Below, one piece after another: positions 33,655 to 44,870 of a stretch of DNA of 64,000 bases. A program made the position numbers and the translations under genes. The DNA is from Eukaryota sp. TZLM1-RC. Taxonomy: Eukaryota > Protista > Metamonada: BaSk clade. Below the pieces are notes generated by a model. That model did no database searches. It was not told the origin of the DNA and saw nothing but the letters and a program-made list of their open reading frames with translations. Each line of letters begins with the position of its first letter. Positions within the stretch are counted from its first letter, which is position 1. The DNA lies in NCBI GenBank assembly GCA_040285825.1, contig JAUPSS010000004.1, positions 3,452,589 to 3,516,588 on the forward strand, read 5' to 3'.

Positions 33655-35388
33655 ATGACCAGTGAACCCCCGCTCAAAAAGAAACGTCCCTCCGAGAGAG
33701 GTAGACTTCGATCCATTTTAATGTCACTTCCCGATTCTCAGCTATATGAGTATTCGTATCCACATCCAGCCCCTCTACTATGTTTGGATATAACAACTAA
33801 AGGTTTTCTTCTGTCAGCAGATGCCAAAGGTCATGTGGTCTTTTGGCGAAAGAAAGATGATGACGGACTAGAACTTATACGTAGTTATCATTGCCACACA
33901 ACTCCTGTTGTCGATCTACATATTTCTTTTGATGAAGCTTATGCTGTTACGATATCCGATGAAGACATGTCGATTTGTTTATTCGATGTTGATACATTTG
34001 AATTAATTTCTAAAACTGAACTATCATACTATCCATCTAGAGTGGCTTTTCTTCCAGGTAGTATTTCAAATAGAATACTAGTCTCAGATGCTTCAACACC
34101 AAATGTTCATATATACAATGTTCCTTTCAACATTCCATTAGAACCAGTTTCGACGATTACACCCCTTCCATCACCTACCTTTGCTGTATGTTGCTCTCCC
34201 ATATCTCCAGCGATAGTATTTACAGACGAGTTTAGCTATTTTAGCGTGTGGAACGCTGATACCCTAAGTCCAGCAGATGCATCACTAGTAGGATGGACTG
34301 ATATTGAGAACACAGAGGTTACGAAGCTGAGTATCAGAAGGATGATTATTGAGTGGATAGCATTTAACAAGAGAGGAGACAAGCTTGCTGTAATGACAAC
34401 AAGTGGTGTTTTTGTTTTTACCTTTCCTTCTCTCCTTACCATTGCTTCATTCTCTACTTCCCTCCCGTCTCTTGCTTCCAAGACTGCACAGGAAGAGTCT
34501 CTTTTGGTCATTCCCTCTGATGACTGGACCATGCGGTTTGAGAGAGAGCATAAGCTGGTGGAGCACCGTCCTAGACCTAGTTTCAGGGTATTGTTTGACC
34601 ATTCAGGGGAATTGGTGGTCTTTACCACTTGCGTCGGCATCCACATTTGTCAGCTAGACCCAGCTCGTTTGGTGGCGGTGCTTGGGAAGCCAGAGAGCAA
34701 GCACAGGTTCTCTACGTTTACGATTTATCAGCAAAATGATCCTGTCATTATTGCTATTGGTATAAATGAGTCACGATTGTTCTTATTTACGAATAGGGAG
34801 CCAGCAGAGCCAAACCCTCGAGATCCAAATACTATTAGAGATAAACAGTTTGAGATTGAAGCTGTCAAGGGAGAAATTCCTCATGAGGTTGAGGAAAAGC
34901 TGGCGATGTCAGTTCAGCAGACGACAGAGAGGGATTCATCTGAGATTGAATCTGGTTTCTTTAAAGTGGTGTTAAAGACAGCTGAGGGCGACGTTGTTCT
35001 TTCCCTGTTTCCGTCCATGGCCAGTAATCATTTTGGTATCTCTGTTTCCAAGAAATTACTTGACGGTGTGGTTTTTAATAGGTTTTTAGATAACTTTATT
35101 CTTCAAGCCCCCTTGCCAAACGATGATGGAGTTTTGGCATCAGTGAGGAGTAGAGGTAAACCTGATGTAGACATATCTCGAACGCTGGGGTTGGATTTCA
35201 AGGATCCTTTCAAGCTAGCCTTAGCTAATTCTGATAGGGATGGTGTTGTGGAGGAGTGGTTTCTAACTTTGTCTCCTGCTGTCCATCTGAATGGTAAACA
35301 TTTTATTTTTGGGGAAGTTGTGAGTGGAACGGAAGTTTTATCAAAACTTGGACAGGACAGCAGAATTCTCGAAGCTGAAATTGTGTAA
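33655..35388 (+). CDS. PPWD1: Peptidylprolyl isomerase domain and WD repeat protein 1-like (spliceosomal cyclophilin)
   Basis: LP.SQLYE.SY.H, GHV.FW.K, FD.SG, RLFLFTNREP, and a degenerate C-terminal cyclophilin domain (L.GKH..FG.V). Confidence 0.88.
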   Translation: MTSEPPLKKKRPSERGRLRSILMSLPDSQLYEYSYPHPAPLLCLDITTKGFLLSADAKGHVVFWRKKDDDGLELIRSYHCHTTPVVDLHISFDEAYAVTISDEDMSICLFDVDTFELISKTELSYYPSRVAFLPGSISNRILVSDASTPNVHIYNVPFNIPLEPVSTITPLPSPTFAVCCSPISPAIVFTDEFSYFSVWNADTLSPADASLVGWTDIENTEVTKLSIRRMIIEWIAFNKRGDKLAVMTTSGVFVFTFPSLLTIASFSTSLPSLASKTAQEESLLVIPSDDWTMRFEREHKLVEHRPRPSFRVLFDHSGELVVFTTCVGIHICQLDPARLVAVLGKPESKHRFSTFTIYQQNDPVIIAIGINESRLFLFTNREPAEPNPRDPNTIRDKQFEIEAVKGEIPHEVEEKLAMSVQQTTERDSSEIESGFFKVVLKTAEGDVVLSLFPSMASNHFGISVSKKLLDGVVFNRFLDNFILQAPLPNDDGVLASVRSRGKPDVDISRTLGLDFKDPFKLALANSDRDGVVEEWFLTLSPAVHLNGKHFIFGEVVSGTEVLSKLGQDSRILEAEIV

Positions 35389-36548
35389 ATATTTTGTGAT
35401 AAAAGTTTATAATTCACGTTGAGTTGTATTTTTATTTTGTTACTTTAAGGCAATTTTTAATCATCAGTGTATTTAAAGATATATTGTTATTGATATACAA
35501 CTAATTAATGTACCTCTACAAAATCGTCATCTGCTTGAATTCTTGACATTGCTTCTCCTCTTTGATGAAAAAACTATTGATCATGGCGAGTTGGATTCGA
35601 GAGGGACATAGAAAGACATCAATCTTAGTTATTCATTAATGTTGCTTAATCTATTTTGAGAAATTTGTCGAATAATACCTAAACTACCGAATAGAACCCC
35701 ATAATAAAGAGATTTCTTCATTACACTGTTTTATCTAAAAAGGGCAAATTACTTAAAAGCAATAACACTATGCAACTACTTGTTCTTCAATACCTTTGGT
35801 TTGAAAGCAATGGAAATCTGTTGTCTGGCTTTCTTGGGCGTATCAAAAGAAATTGAGAGAGAGTATTGAGAACGTGAAGCAGAATGTGGACTCATTGAAA
35901 GCAAAGCTTCTAGAATTGTAAAGTTTGAGTTTTTGTCACTGTGTATTTTAAACAACTGATTTTTTATAAATACTAATATATGCTAAAAATAAAATGAGGC
36001 TCTATTCGGCAGTTTGCTTCATTTTTATTGAAAAACAATAAAAACAGGAAAAAATTGCTAATTAATAACATAATATATGAAATTTTTTTCCACACAAAAA
36101 GTGTATTTATTTATTTTGTATCTTTATAAATATCATTATCACCAGAATACAAACAAATTACAATTGAATTTTCACAAGGTCTTAAAAAGGGCAGAACACG
36201 TGACTAACAATCGATGGGGAATTTCCCTCCTGTTGTAATTGATGAAAATGATTCAGAAAATTAGCTAATAGAGATTTTCTACTGAAATCTAGTTAATATT
36301 ACATCAATACCAACTACTGAATTCCAATATTGCTCACTTTTACATGGGACAAATGATGTTAAAACATGCAAATAATTTCTGTTTAAATTGTTTTTTATTT
36401 GACAATGTGACACAGTATTTTGATCATAATGTCTACAAAAAATAGTCTTTGTCAAAGATCCGAAAACACTATCTACAGCATGTGGTATTTCATTTAAAAA
36501 GGGTTTATTGATTTTATTAAATTCCAACATGATCACGGAAAATATCAA

Positions 36549-38714
36549 TCAAATATCAAAAATATCAATCAAATGCCTGTCAGATGGATAGTGAATCCAC
36601 CATGGAAAACATGATAATTCAACTAAACATTGTTGTTTGATTAGTTTTACAGATTTAATTAAAGCTTGATCAATAAATTTTAATGGAGATAGGGAAGAAT
36701 TTAATAAAGATTTTTCTTCAAGTCCAATTATTTCCACTACTCTTAACAAAGGAAAGTTTTGTTCAGTGATATTGGTAGGAACATTGCGATGAATTATCAA
36801 TTCCCTCAGGTTTAGTAATTGAAAAGGAATTATAAAAGTTTTCTCGACTTCAAACCCTCGCCAGGAATCTACAAATAATTCCAATCTAACAATGGATTGA
36901 GGTAATGGTAATTCTCCACCTAAAATATCTGATGAAATAAAAAGAGATAATACAACCAATTCTCTTAAATGTAAAAGATAGCTTAAATTATAGACCTCAG
37001 TGTCATCACTATGAAGCACTAACTTCACTAGTGAAGTAGGTAATTGTTCTATATAACAACCATAATCAAGCTCTAGACATTTAAGACTTGATAAATGTGC
37101 AAGTTTAAGAGAAAAACCAAATCTTGACCTTCCACTAAGCTTAAGAACCTCAACATTTGGGAAAAATAACAATAATTGTGGATCATAATCAACTTCATCA
37201 TAGTAAACATCAAGTTTTTTAATTCTAGTATTAATTACTTTGGGAGCTTTAAAAACAGTAGATAATCGCAATTGTAAATCACAAATATTATCATTTAAAT
37301 TGAATTTTCGAGGATTTTTTAAAGACAACTTGTTGTGAACTGGATGAACATTAAACACTTCTTTAGCAAATTGAGCTACCCTTTTACTAATACCACATTT
37401 GGTGTAAAATCTTGCTTTAACATATGGATGATTACCAAAGAGATTTTGCAAATAATTTAAATATTCCCAATAAACAAGCTTAATCAGACCACTAAACATT
37501 CTATCCAAAGGTTGTCTTGGATAATGGAAACTGCCAAGTATTTCGGAACCAAATACTTTGACAGGTTGTGGTCGATCAATCAAATCACCTGTACCTAATT
37601 GACCTTGATCATTACTTCCCCAAGCCCAAACAGTGTTTTTGTTGTATGCAAAAAGGAAGTCGTAACCTACTGAAATACCTTCTATATTAGTGAAAGCTTC
37701 AATACATCTTGGTTCATCACTATCTTTATAAACAACGCTAATTCTGCTCAACTTACCCCAAACAAAAACTTTACCACTACTATCACGGGCAGCACACACA
37801 CCAGTATAACCACTAATAGAAACAATGTTACTCAACCCTGGAACTTTGGTGGGTTTGTTATTGAAGGGAACATCACCCTGCTTGGCAAACTTCCAAACTT
37901 CACCATTAGTATTAATAACAAAAAGGAAATCCCCACTAAAGAAAAAACATCCCTCAAATGGTGCTTTTAAAGAAAAATACTTGGAGACTGGGATTTTGGT
38001 GATGTATTTGGACTTGTCAACATCATAAAAATACCTATTAAAGAAGAAAAGCTCGCAAGTGTCATCAATTGCTACAAAAGAATCATAATGAACAGAGATG
38101 AAAACAATATTTTGCAAATCTGTAATAAAGTAAGGTGACACAAAGCCTCCCCATTTGACAACTTGACCTTCCTGAGTCAAAGCAAACGAGCAATTACGAC
38201 CACCATGAATTTCCTTAATTTCACAAGGAATACTTATTAAAGTGGTTGGTAATGATTCTCTACTGGACTTATTAATCTGGCAACTGGAATTAGAGCCCCA
38301 ACTATATAACTTGCCTTCAGAAGAGATGGCAAGGGAATGATCATGACCAGCAGAAACGGAAACAAAATCATTTAGCAATTTGATTTTTGTTTTGACTAGT
38401 TCAGGTCCTTTAAAAAGAACTTGTCCTTTATAATTATAACCCCATCCATAAACCTCACCAGAATAGGTGAGGAGGAGGGTATGATAATGATCACTATAAA
38501 CACACTGGACACCAACCTTTCTTTCCGATCGATCGGACAATTCAGTATTTTGTGAATATTGAGCAGACAGAGATTGTCCGTGAGTAAACTCGTTGGTGGT
38601 CACATTCATTGGTGAAGAAGTAGTAGTAGAGGATAAATGTGATGAACATTGAGACTCAGGAAAAGAGTGGAAGGGATATTGTGAAGAACCTTCTTCATCG
38701 GAGAAGACGTCCAT
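36549..38714 (-). CDS. RCC1-repeat protein with LRR-like C-terminus
   Basis: HTLLLT..GEVYGWG.N..GQ, SAG.DHSLA...G.LYSWG.N, WAWGSNDQGQLGTGD repeats, then LP.SL..L repeats. Confidence 0.88.
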   Translation of the reverse strand: MDVFSDEEGSSQYPFHSFPESQCSSHLSSTTTSSPMNVTTNEFTHGQSLSAQYSQNTELSDRSERKVGVQCVYSDHYHTLLLTYSGEVYGWGYNYKGQVLFKGPELVKTKIKLLNDFVSVSAGHDHSLAISSEGKLYSWGSNSSCQINKSSRESLPTTLISIPCEIKEIHGGRNCSFALTQEGQVVKWGGFVSPYFITDLQNIVFISVHYDSFVAIDDTCELFFFNRYFYDVDKSKYITKIPVSKYFSLKAPFEGCFFFSGDFLFVINTNGEVWKFAKQGDVPFNNKPTKVPGLSNIVSISGYTGVCAARDSSGKVFVWGKLSRISVVYKDSDEPRCIEAFTNIEGISVGYDFLFAYNKNTVWAWGSNDQGQLGTGDLIDRPQPVKVFGSEILGSFHYPRQPLDRMFSGLIKLVYWEYLNYLQNLFGNHPYVKARFYTKCGISKRVAQFAKEVFNVHPVHNKLSLKNPRKFNLNDNICDLQLRLSTVFKAPKVINTRIKKLDVYYDEVDYDPQLLLFFPNVEVLKLSGRSRFGFSLKLAHLSSLKCLELDYGCYIEQLPTSLVKLVLHSDDTEVYNLSYLLHLRELVVLSLFISSDILGGELPLPQSIVRLELFVDSWRGFEVEKTFIIPFQLLNLRELIIHRNVPTNITEQNFPLLRVVEIIGLEEKSLLNSSLSPLKFIDQALIKSVKLIKQQCLVELSCFPWWIHYPSDRHLIDIFDI

Positions 38715-39401
38715 GTTGCTTGAAGAGGGGGTGTGAGTGAGACACAGAGGTCAGGGTACAAGGATTAAAGAGGAAATACTGAGGTTGAGCAACACAATTA
38801 GTTCACACTAATAACACCGTTTACTGCAGTAGAAAACACTTAAAATAAATTGTTTTATTCCTTTGAAATTCTAATTCTTCATACCCCAAATCAGCCAATA
38901 ATTTTAATTTATTTTCCAAACCACAGTCTAAAAGTCAATATTTTCAAAACAAGCTTCCACAAGAATCAGCCAATAAGAAGTGACTTGAAGTGTTTCTTTC
39001 ATAAAACCGATTAAGGGATGACAAAGCTGAAGATGGGACAATACAGTTAAAAATTGAGACAAATTTGTACACCTATACAATTCATTTTTACATTTTCCTA
39101 TTTTTGAGAGAACAGTTTGTGTATTTTCCATGTTTCTTTATCCCAATACAGTGCGTCAACAACTGGTTCGGAATTCTTGAGGAGATCCCGTGTGTATCTG
39201 ATGTTGATATGTTGAATTTAAAGATGTGAAATGAGAGAAGGTAACCACCAAGCTCCGGTCGCAGATCAGCTTGGTTAATATTTAAAACAATAATTAATAT
39301 GTACTTCTTAATATTTATGAACATATCAATATGAACGCCGTCTCTCTTTTGGTTTCAGTATTTTCAATGAAGGCATCATCCAGTTTACAACAGAATTTTA
39401 A

Positions 39402-40723
39402 TTTTTTTTTGACCAAAATTTTAATTTTATTCAAAACCTATAAATCAACATCTAAAAAATCCATCTCTCCCAAAACAAAAACACTAGATGCAACTCTTTC
39501 ATAGTGAGATCCAAGAGAAAGCAAAGCATCAGAAACCATCTTCAACATCCCCTTAAAAATAGAAAACACAATTCTATTTTGCCAAAACAATCTGTTGAAA
39601 TTTCTGCCAGTTCTTCTCTTTACAATCATTTCAAAATCTTCCAAAAAACGTAAAGCAGTTGGTGCAAGTGAACCAAAAAGGGAAAATACAAATGGATACA
39701 AATTGTATTTTGCATGCTGTAAAGGTTGCTATAATGGGCTAGATCATCAGCAATTTCGGGAGCACTGGAACACGCTATTTTTAACAGATCAAAAGAAATT
39801 CCAGCTGGGCCTGCTGCTTTCCCCTTTGGTAATTTTTTTGAATAGCTTTAAGAACTTCAATTGAAGTAATAGGATTTTCAATCCAAAAAGGACACACATC
39901 AGGCTTGCTGCACTTAAAATTTTCTTGAGGATGCAACTTTTGAAGTTTTTCAAGGGTATCAGAGTTTGCATCAGCCAAAAAAGAGGAAAACAAGGACTGC
40001 TTTGCGGCACCATAACGACCACGTAAGCACAATTTTTTCGGCAAATTTTTTTGATTTTACAATTTTTCTATTTCCAAATTTTTTAAAACAATTTTTGTTT
40101 TTTCGAGCAAAATATTTTCAGAAGGATGAAATATTCCACTTATTATTTTTCAATTCAGAAGTAAAATTTCTCATTTCCATTGAGAAGGGAATTGTGCTGG
40201 CGGGGCTAATTTCTACTGGGATCTGGATCGGGGGTCTTACAGTATCAGCAGCTTTTTCAATTGGTACAAAACAGAAGTTTTCGACCATTTCTTGAATCTG
40301 TAACATTTTTGCAAAATGGACAACAAAAATTATTGTTTTCAGAAGGGGAAGAAGAGTGAGCACTAGAAGCATTCAAATGTTGATCGTCAGAAACTTTATT
40401 TTCAGCACCTTTCACATCGGCATCAGCTGGAACAGAACATTCGAGAATTTGTTGAGCAGATTTTAATTCAATTTCTCTTTTTTGTTTTTCAGGGCATGTT
40501 CTCGAATTATGACCACTGATACCACAAATCGAACATTTTTTTAGAACCTTTTTAATGGCAATGGTTTCATTTTTTTCAGTTATTTCTATTTTGTCAATTT
40601 GTGAGTTAAAAGTAGAAGTAGATTTTTGACTTTTTCCAGTTTCAGCAGGAGAAAACAAATTTCGAGAAACGGAGTTGTTAATAGAACGCGCATCAGAACG
40701 TAAGGATCGTTATTGTGGTTTTT
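39402..40723 (-). mobile_element. Internally deleted family A element (5' zinc-knuckle region joined to 3' end; RT and most of RLE missing)
   Basis: CSICGISGHNSRTC knuckle and GRYGAA..LQKLHP..GKAAGPAG, then a junction at ~39722-39731 into QHAKYNLYPF. A9 tail. 13-bp TSD AACAGAATTTTAA at 39389-39401 and 40724-40736. Confidence 0.9.
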
Positions 40724-42251
40724 AACAGAATTTTAAAGATAATTGTATCGTAAATTATTTGTCAAACTTTTTGAAAGGCCTGATTGTTGATTAACAACGG
40801 TTGATTTTTGTTGAACAATAATAAATGAAGTTCTTTTTAGAACAAGATGGAACCTAAAAGAGAACCCAACTTTTGCAGTTAAATTTGAAAACCCCAACTT
40901 CTGAACACACGATTTTGACAAAATTGTTAGTCATTAGTTGATCGGGCAATAATCAAAACTAAGGCTTCGAATACAAAAATGTTGTTTCAAATGTGAGGTT
41001 TGCAATTCTTTGATGAACTCGAACCCATTACAACGTTTAGTACAACACATACAGTTTTGAAAATGTAGTCAAAAGGAAAATCTAGGTTGATAGTGCTCAG
41101 AGCATCGAATCACCTTTGTATCAATGTAAGTTGACTTGACCCGGGGTGAGTCAAAACTCAATGTGCAAAATAGGGGACCAACAATGTTGCGTTTCATGAA
41201 CGTGATATGATTCATATTTGGAACCATTCTGCTGTCTTTTCATCGGCTGAACACAAGAAGAATCGTTTTGCATGAAATGATCATGATTTATTGCTTTAAA
41301 TGGCAACTGTTTCACTTTTGATAGAGTAAGTGGCCCAGCTACAATAAGAACTCCACAGAATCCTATTTTTCCACAAACACATCTAAAAAAGTTGCTGGCG
41401 CGAGTTTTTACAAATTGTGTTATATCTGAAAACAAATTCAAAGTAGGAATTTCAAAACTTTAATGAAGACAAATCGTTGAGGAAAATGTGTTTATTGAAT
41501 AATATTGAAGTGTAAATGAGACAAGTAAATTGCATAATGTTTGATGGTTATATTGTCAGCACTGTCTAAATAAATGGCTGAACTGTTCATTGCTAGATCT
41601 TTGATTGGATTGGTTACAAGGATCAACTGAAACACAGTCGATAATTCAAAATTTGTCAATTAACCAGCAAGTACAGCATCTGGAATCCGTCTACCGAAAA
41701 CTTCTGAGTAAAATTGTCAATCTTAATTCAAGAGGTGTTTCTGAATAGGCTTAAATACTGAAGAACCCAGACTTAAACATAACTAACCACCTACTGAAAA
41801 TGTAAGGAAATCAATGAAATACATGAGTTAACGCTATCGTCTTTCCAGGGTGAAGATTTGTCCTTATTCAATGATAGAAAAATCGACTAGCAGTTTTTGT
41901 TCATGTAGAAAATGATGAACTATGAACTAGACTAGGTTCCATTGAATGAACGATGAACAAACTATGAATTTCGAAGGAAATTGATCAACCTACCAACTAA
42001 AGTCCAATCTAACATCTTATATCAATGACGTAATATAATATCATCATGACGGCTAATAATGGCTTTTGAGTAGAGTTGCACAAAATACGTTAGCACATTC
42101 CGGTATTATTGCATTACTATTACTGCAGGCTTCAAGCATTTGTGATTAAACCCTGAAACCCAACAATCACCATTGATTGATATGATTTTAACCCCAGCAA
42201 TCAAGCAAAAATGCCCCCCACTCAAAAATTAACAATTACTATTGACAAACA

Positions 42252-42272
42252 ACAATTAATCTTGGCAAGACA
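42252..42272 (+). promoter_or_regulatory. Candidate histone promoter motif ACAATT..AT.TCTTG(G)CAAGA (also 43512-43532 and 44348-44368)
   Basis: Shared by H4, the H2A/H2B divergent promoter and H3, about 65-100 nt upstream of the H4, H2B and H3 ATGs. Confidence 0.55.
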
Positions 42273-42340
42273 ATTTGCAAAATCAAACTCAAATTCTCAA
42301 ACTCCTTTCTAATGCTGTATTCTTATCTTCATCGATCTCA

Positions 42341-42652
42341 ATGGCTGGCCGTGGAAAAGGTGGAAAAGGTTTAGGTAAAGGTGGTGCCAAGCGCCATAGA
42401 AAGGTTCTTCGTGAAAACATCCAAGGTATTACCAAGCCTGCTATTCGTCGTCTTGCTCGTCGTGGTGGTGTCAAGCGTATCTCTGCACTTATCTATGATG
42501 AAACCCGTACTGTTCTCCGTACTTTCCTCGAAAACGTGATCCGTGACTCTGTTACTTATTGTGAACATGCCAGAAGGAAGACTGTCACTGCCATGGATGT
42601 TGTCTATGCTTTGAAACGTCATGGACGTGTTTTGTATGGTTTTGGTGTTTAG
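42341..42652 (+). CDS. H4: Histone H4
   Basis: [48 protein letters not shown]..., 103 aa. Confidence 0.99.
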   Translation: MAGRGKGGKGLGKGGAKRHRKVLRENIQGITKPAIRRLARRGGVKRISALIYDETRTVLRTFLENVIRDSVTYCEHARRKTVTAMDVVYALKRHGRVLYGFGV

Positions 42653-42666
42653 GTTTTTGTTTTTGG

Positions 42667-42682
42667 GGTGTTTTTCAACACT
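42667..42682 (+). promoter_or_regulatory. Histone 3' UTR stem-loop (H4)
   Basis: GGTGTT-TTTC-AACACT, 14 nt after the stop, AATAAA immediately after. Confidence 0.8.
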
Positions 42683-43050
42683 AATAAAGCTTTTAAATTT
42701 GATTTATTTGTTGTTTTAAATTAGCTTATAATTTTCTATAATTTGTTTGAAACTGATTATTTAATTTGGAATCGTTGACTAACATTCTCATCATTTATAA
42801 GACAATAGCTTGAATTGTACTTGCCAAGACCTTGTAAAAGTTAAAGCCATAAAGTGTTGGTCAATTAACCATCTTCTGGACGTTTTGCTTCAGGTAAATG
42901 TCAAGCGTCCTCATTTACAGATTTTGCATGCATTAACTGCCACCTAGGGCTCAATTACTTTGATTCTAGGATTCAGTATTTGCAGTTTTTGGTTCTTTAA
43001 GAAAAATAAGAAGGACTTTTTATTTAGAAAATCACATTTATTACCCAAAT

Positions 43051-43066
43051 AGTGTTGAAAAACACC
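43051..43066 (-). promoter_or_regulatory. Histone 3' UTR stem-loop (H2A)
   Basis: GGTGTT-TTTC-AACACT on minus, 12 nt after the stop, AATAAA 8 nt further. Confidence 0.8.
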
Positions 43067-43078
43067 ATGCAAAACAAC

Positions 43079-43462
43079 CTAGATTTCCTGGGAAGCTTGT
43101 TCTTCGGCTTCAACACGAGCCTTGGACCCCTTGGGAAGGAGATCGGAATGAATATGAGGAAGAACACCACCAGAAGGAATCATGATATGAGACAACAGCT
43201 TACTGAGTTCTTCATCATTGCGGATAGCCAAGAGAATGTGTCTAGGGACGATACGGGTCTTCTTGTTATCTCTAGCAGCGTTACCAGACAATTCAAGGAC
43301 CTCAGCAGTGAGGTATTCAAGGACAGCAGCCATATAAACGGGAGCGCCAGCTGCAATACGTTCAGCATAGCGACCTTCACGGAGGTAACGACGGATACGA
43401 CCTACAGGGAATTGGAGTCCCGCTTTGAAGGAGAGAGTACGAGCACCAGTTTCTTCAGCCAT
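43079..43462 (-). CDS. H2A: Histone H2A with H2A.X-type SQEI C-terminus
   Basis: [42 protein letters not shown], ending ASQEI. Confidence 0.99.
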   Translation of the reverse strand: MAEETGARTLSFKAGLQFPVGRIRRYLREGRYAERIAAGAPVYMAAVLEYLTAEVLELSGNAARDNKKTRIVPRHILLAIRNDEELSKLLSHIMIPSGGVLPHIHSDLLPKGSKARVEAEEQASQEI

Positions 43463-43611
43463 GAGAGATGAATTAATGAGGATGAGGAAATAGAATTTCA
43501 ATTTCAACACGACAATTTTGATTGTTGCAAGATTGTCGTTTGTGGCAAACCATTGAATCAGCTTGTTTTTGCTGCAAAAACTAAATCCCAATCACCATTT
43601 CTCTCAATCTC

Positions 43612-44046
43612 ATGCCTGGAAAGAAGTCTGTAAAGTCTACCAAATCCATCAAGGGAGTTCCCTCCAAAGCCCCATCAAAGGCTCCTGCCAAAGCTGTAAG
43701 CAAGGCTGTTGCTGAAGGAGGTGCTGCCGCTGCTGTCCCCAAGCGCAAGAAGGCCCGCAAGGAGACATGGGCTACTTACATTTACCGTGTCCTTCGCCAA
43801 GTCCATCCCGATACTGGTATCTCCACCAAGGCCATGGGAATCATGAACTCTTTTGTCAATGACATCTTTGAACGTATCGCCACTGAAGCTTCCCGTCTTG
43901 CTCGTGTTAACAAGAGAAATACCCTTTCTTCTCGTGAGATTCAGACTGCTGTTAGATTATTGCTACCTGGTGAACTCTCCAAGCATGCTGTTTCTGAAGG
44001 TACCAAGGCTGTTACCAAGTTTACCTCTGCTGGTGAAGGTGAATAG
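43612..44046 (+). CDS. H2B: Histone H2B
   Basis: [34 protein letters not shown]..., EGTKAVTKF. Confidence 0.99.
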   Translation: MPGKKSVKSTKSIKGVPSKAPSKAPAKAVSKAVAEGGAAAAVPKRKKARKETWATYIYRVLRQVHPDTGISTKAMGIMNSFVNDIFERIATEASRLARVNKRNTLSSREIQTAVRLLLPGELSKHAVSEGTKAVTKFTSAGEGE

Positions 44047-44062
44047 ATTTGTGGTTTTTGAT

Positions 44063-44078
44063 AGTGTTTTTCAACACT
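44063..44078 (+). promoter_or_regulatory. Histone 3' UTR stem-loop (H2B)
   Basis: AGTGTT-TTTC-AACACT (perfect 6-bp stem), 16 nt after the stop, GATAAA follows. Confidence 0.8.
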
Positions 44079-44431
44079 GGATAAATTTGTTGTTTAATGT
44101 GTATTTTAATTTAAAAGTTTTATTGATGTTTTCATCAGGATTGCAGTTTTTGGGGAAATACAAATGACAATTGTTCAATCAAATTGGGATTTGCTAAACT
44201 TGTTGTTCCTAAACAGAACCCACATTGAATATTTCAATAGTTCCATATAGGAAAAGAATTAAGTGCACATCTAATGAAGAGTGACAACAAAGCCGTAAGT
44301 CTACACAACCAAACCACCAAAAACTAACCATCCAACAAAAGCAAATGACAATTGATTCTTGCAAGACATTTTCCCTGCTCTGAATTTCTGCTCAATTACA
44401 ATGCAGAATGACATAATCCTGATCTACACTA

Positions 44432-44839
44432 ATGGCCCGTACTAAGCAAACCTCTCGCAAGACTACCTCCACCAAGACTCCAAGAAAGCATTTGGCTACC
44501 AAGGCTGCTCGCAAAGCTGCCCCCGCTACTGGTGGTATCAAGAAACCCCATCGTTATCGTCCTGGTACCGTTGCTCTCCGTGAAATCAGAAAGTACCAAA
44601 AGTCTACTGAGCTGTTAATCCGTAAGCTACCCTTCCAACGTTTGGTTAGAGAAATTGCCCAAGAGTTTAAGGGTGAGTTGAGATTCCAAGCATCTGGTAT
44701 CTCTGCACTTCAAGAAGCTGCTGAAGCTTACCTTGTTGGTTTGTTTGAAGATACCAATCTCTGTGCTATTCATGCTAAACGTGTTACCATTATGCCCAAG
44801 GATATGGCCTTGGCTAAGAGAATTCGTTCTGATTTTTAG
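44432..44839 (+). CDS. H3: Histone H3
   Basis: MARTKQT.RK..., [40 protein letters not shown]. Confidence 0.99.
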   Translation: MARTKQTSRKTTSTKTPRKHLATKAARKAAPATGGIKKPHRYRPGTVALREIRKYQKSTELLIRKLPFQRLVREIAQEFKGELRFQASGISALQEAAEAYLVGLFEDTNLCAIHAKRVTIMPKDMALAKRIRSDF

Positions 44840-44854
44840 TTTGGGGTTATTAGA

Positions 44855-44870
44855 GGTGTTTATCAACACT
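44855..44870 (+). promoter_or_regulatory. Histone 3' UTR stem-loop (H3)
   Basis: GGTGTT-TATC-AACACT, 15 nt after the stop, AATAAA at 44877-44882. Confidence 0.8.

Noticed and set aside
41000-41040. tRNA-like GGTTCGAG box (a similar box lies near 33510)
   Set aside because: No acceptor, D or anticodon arms could be folded.
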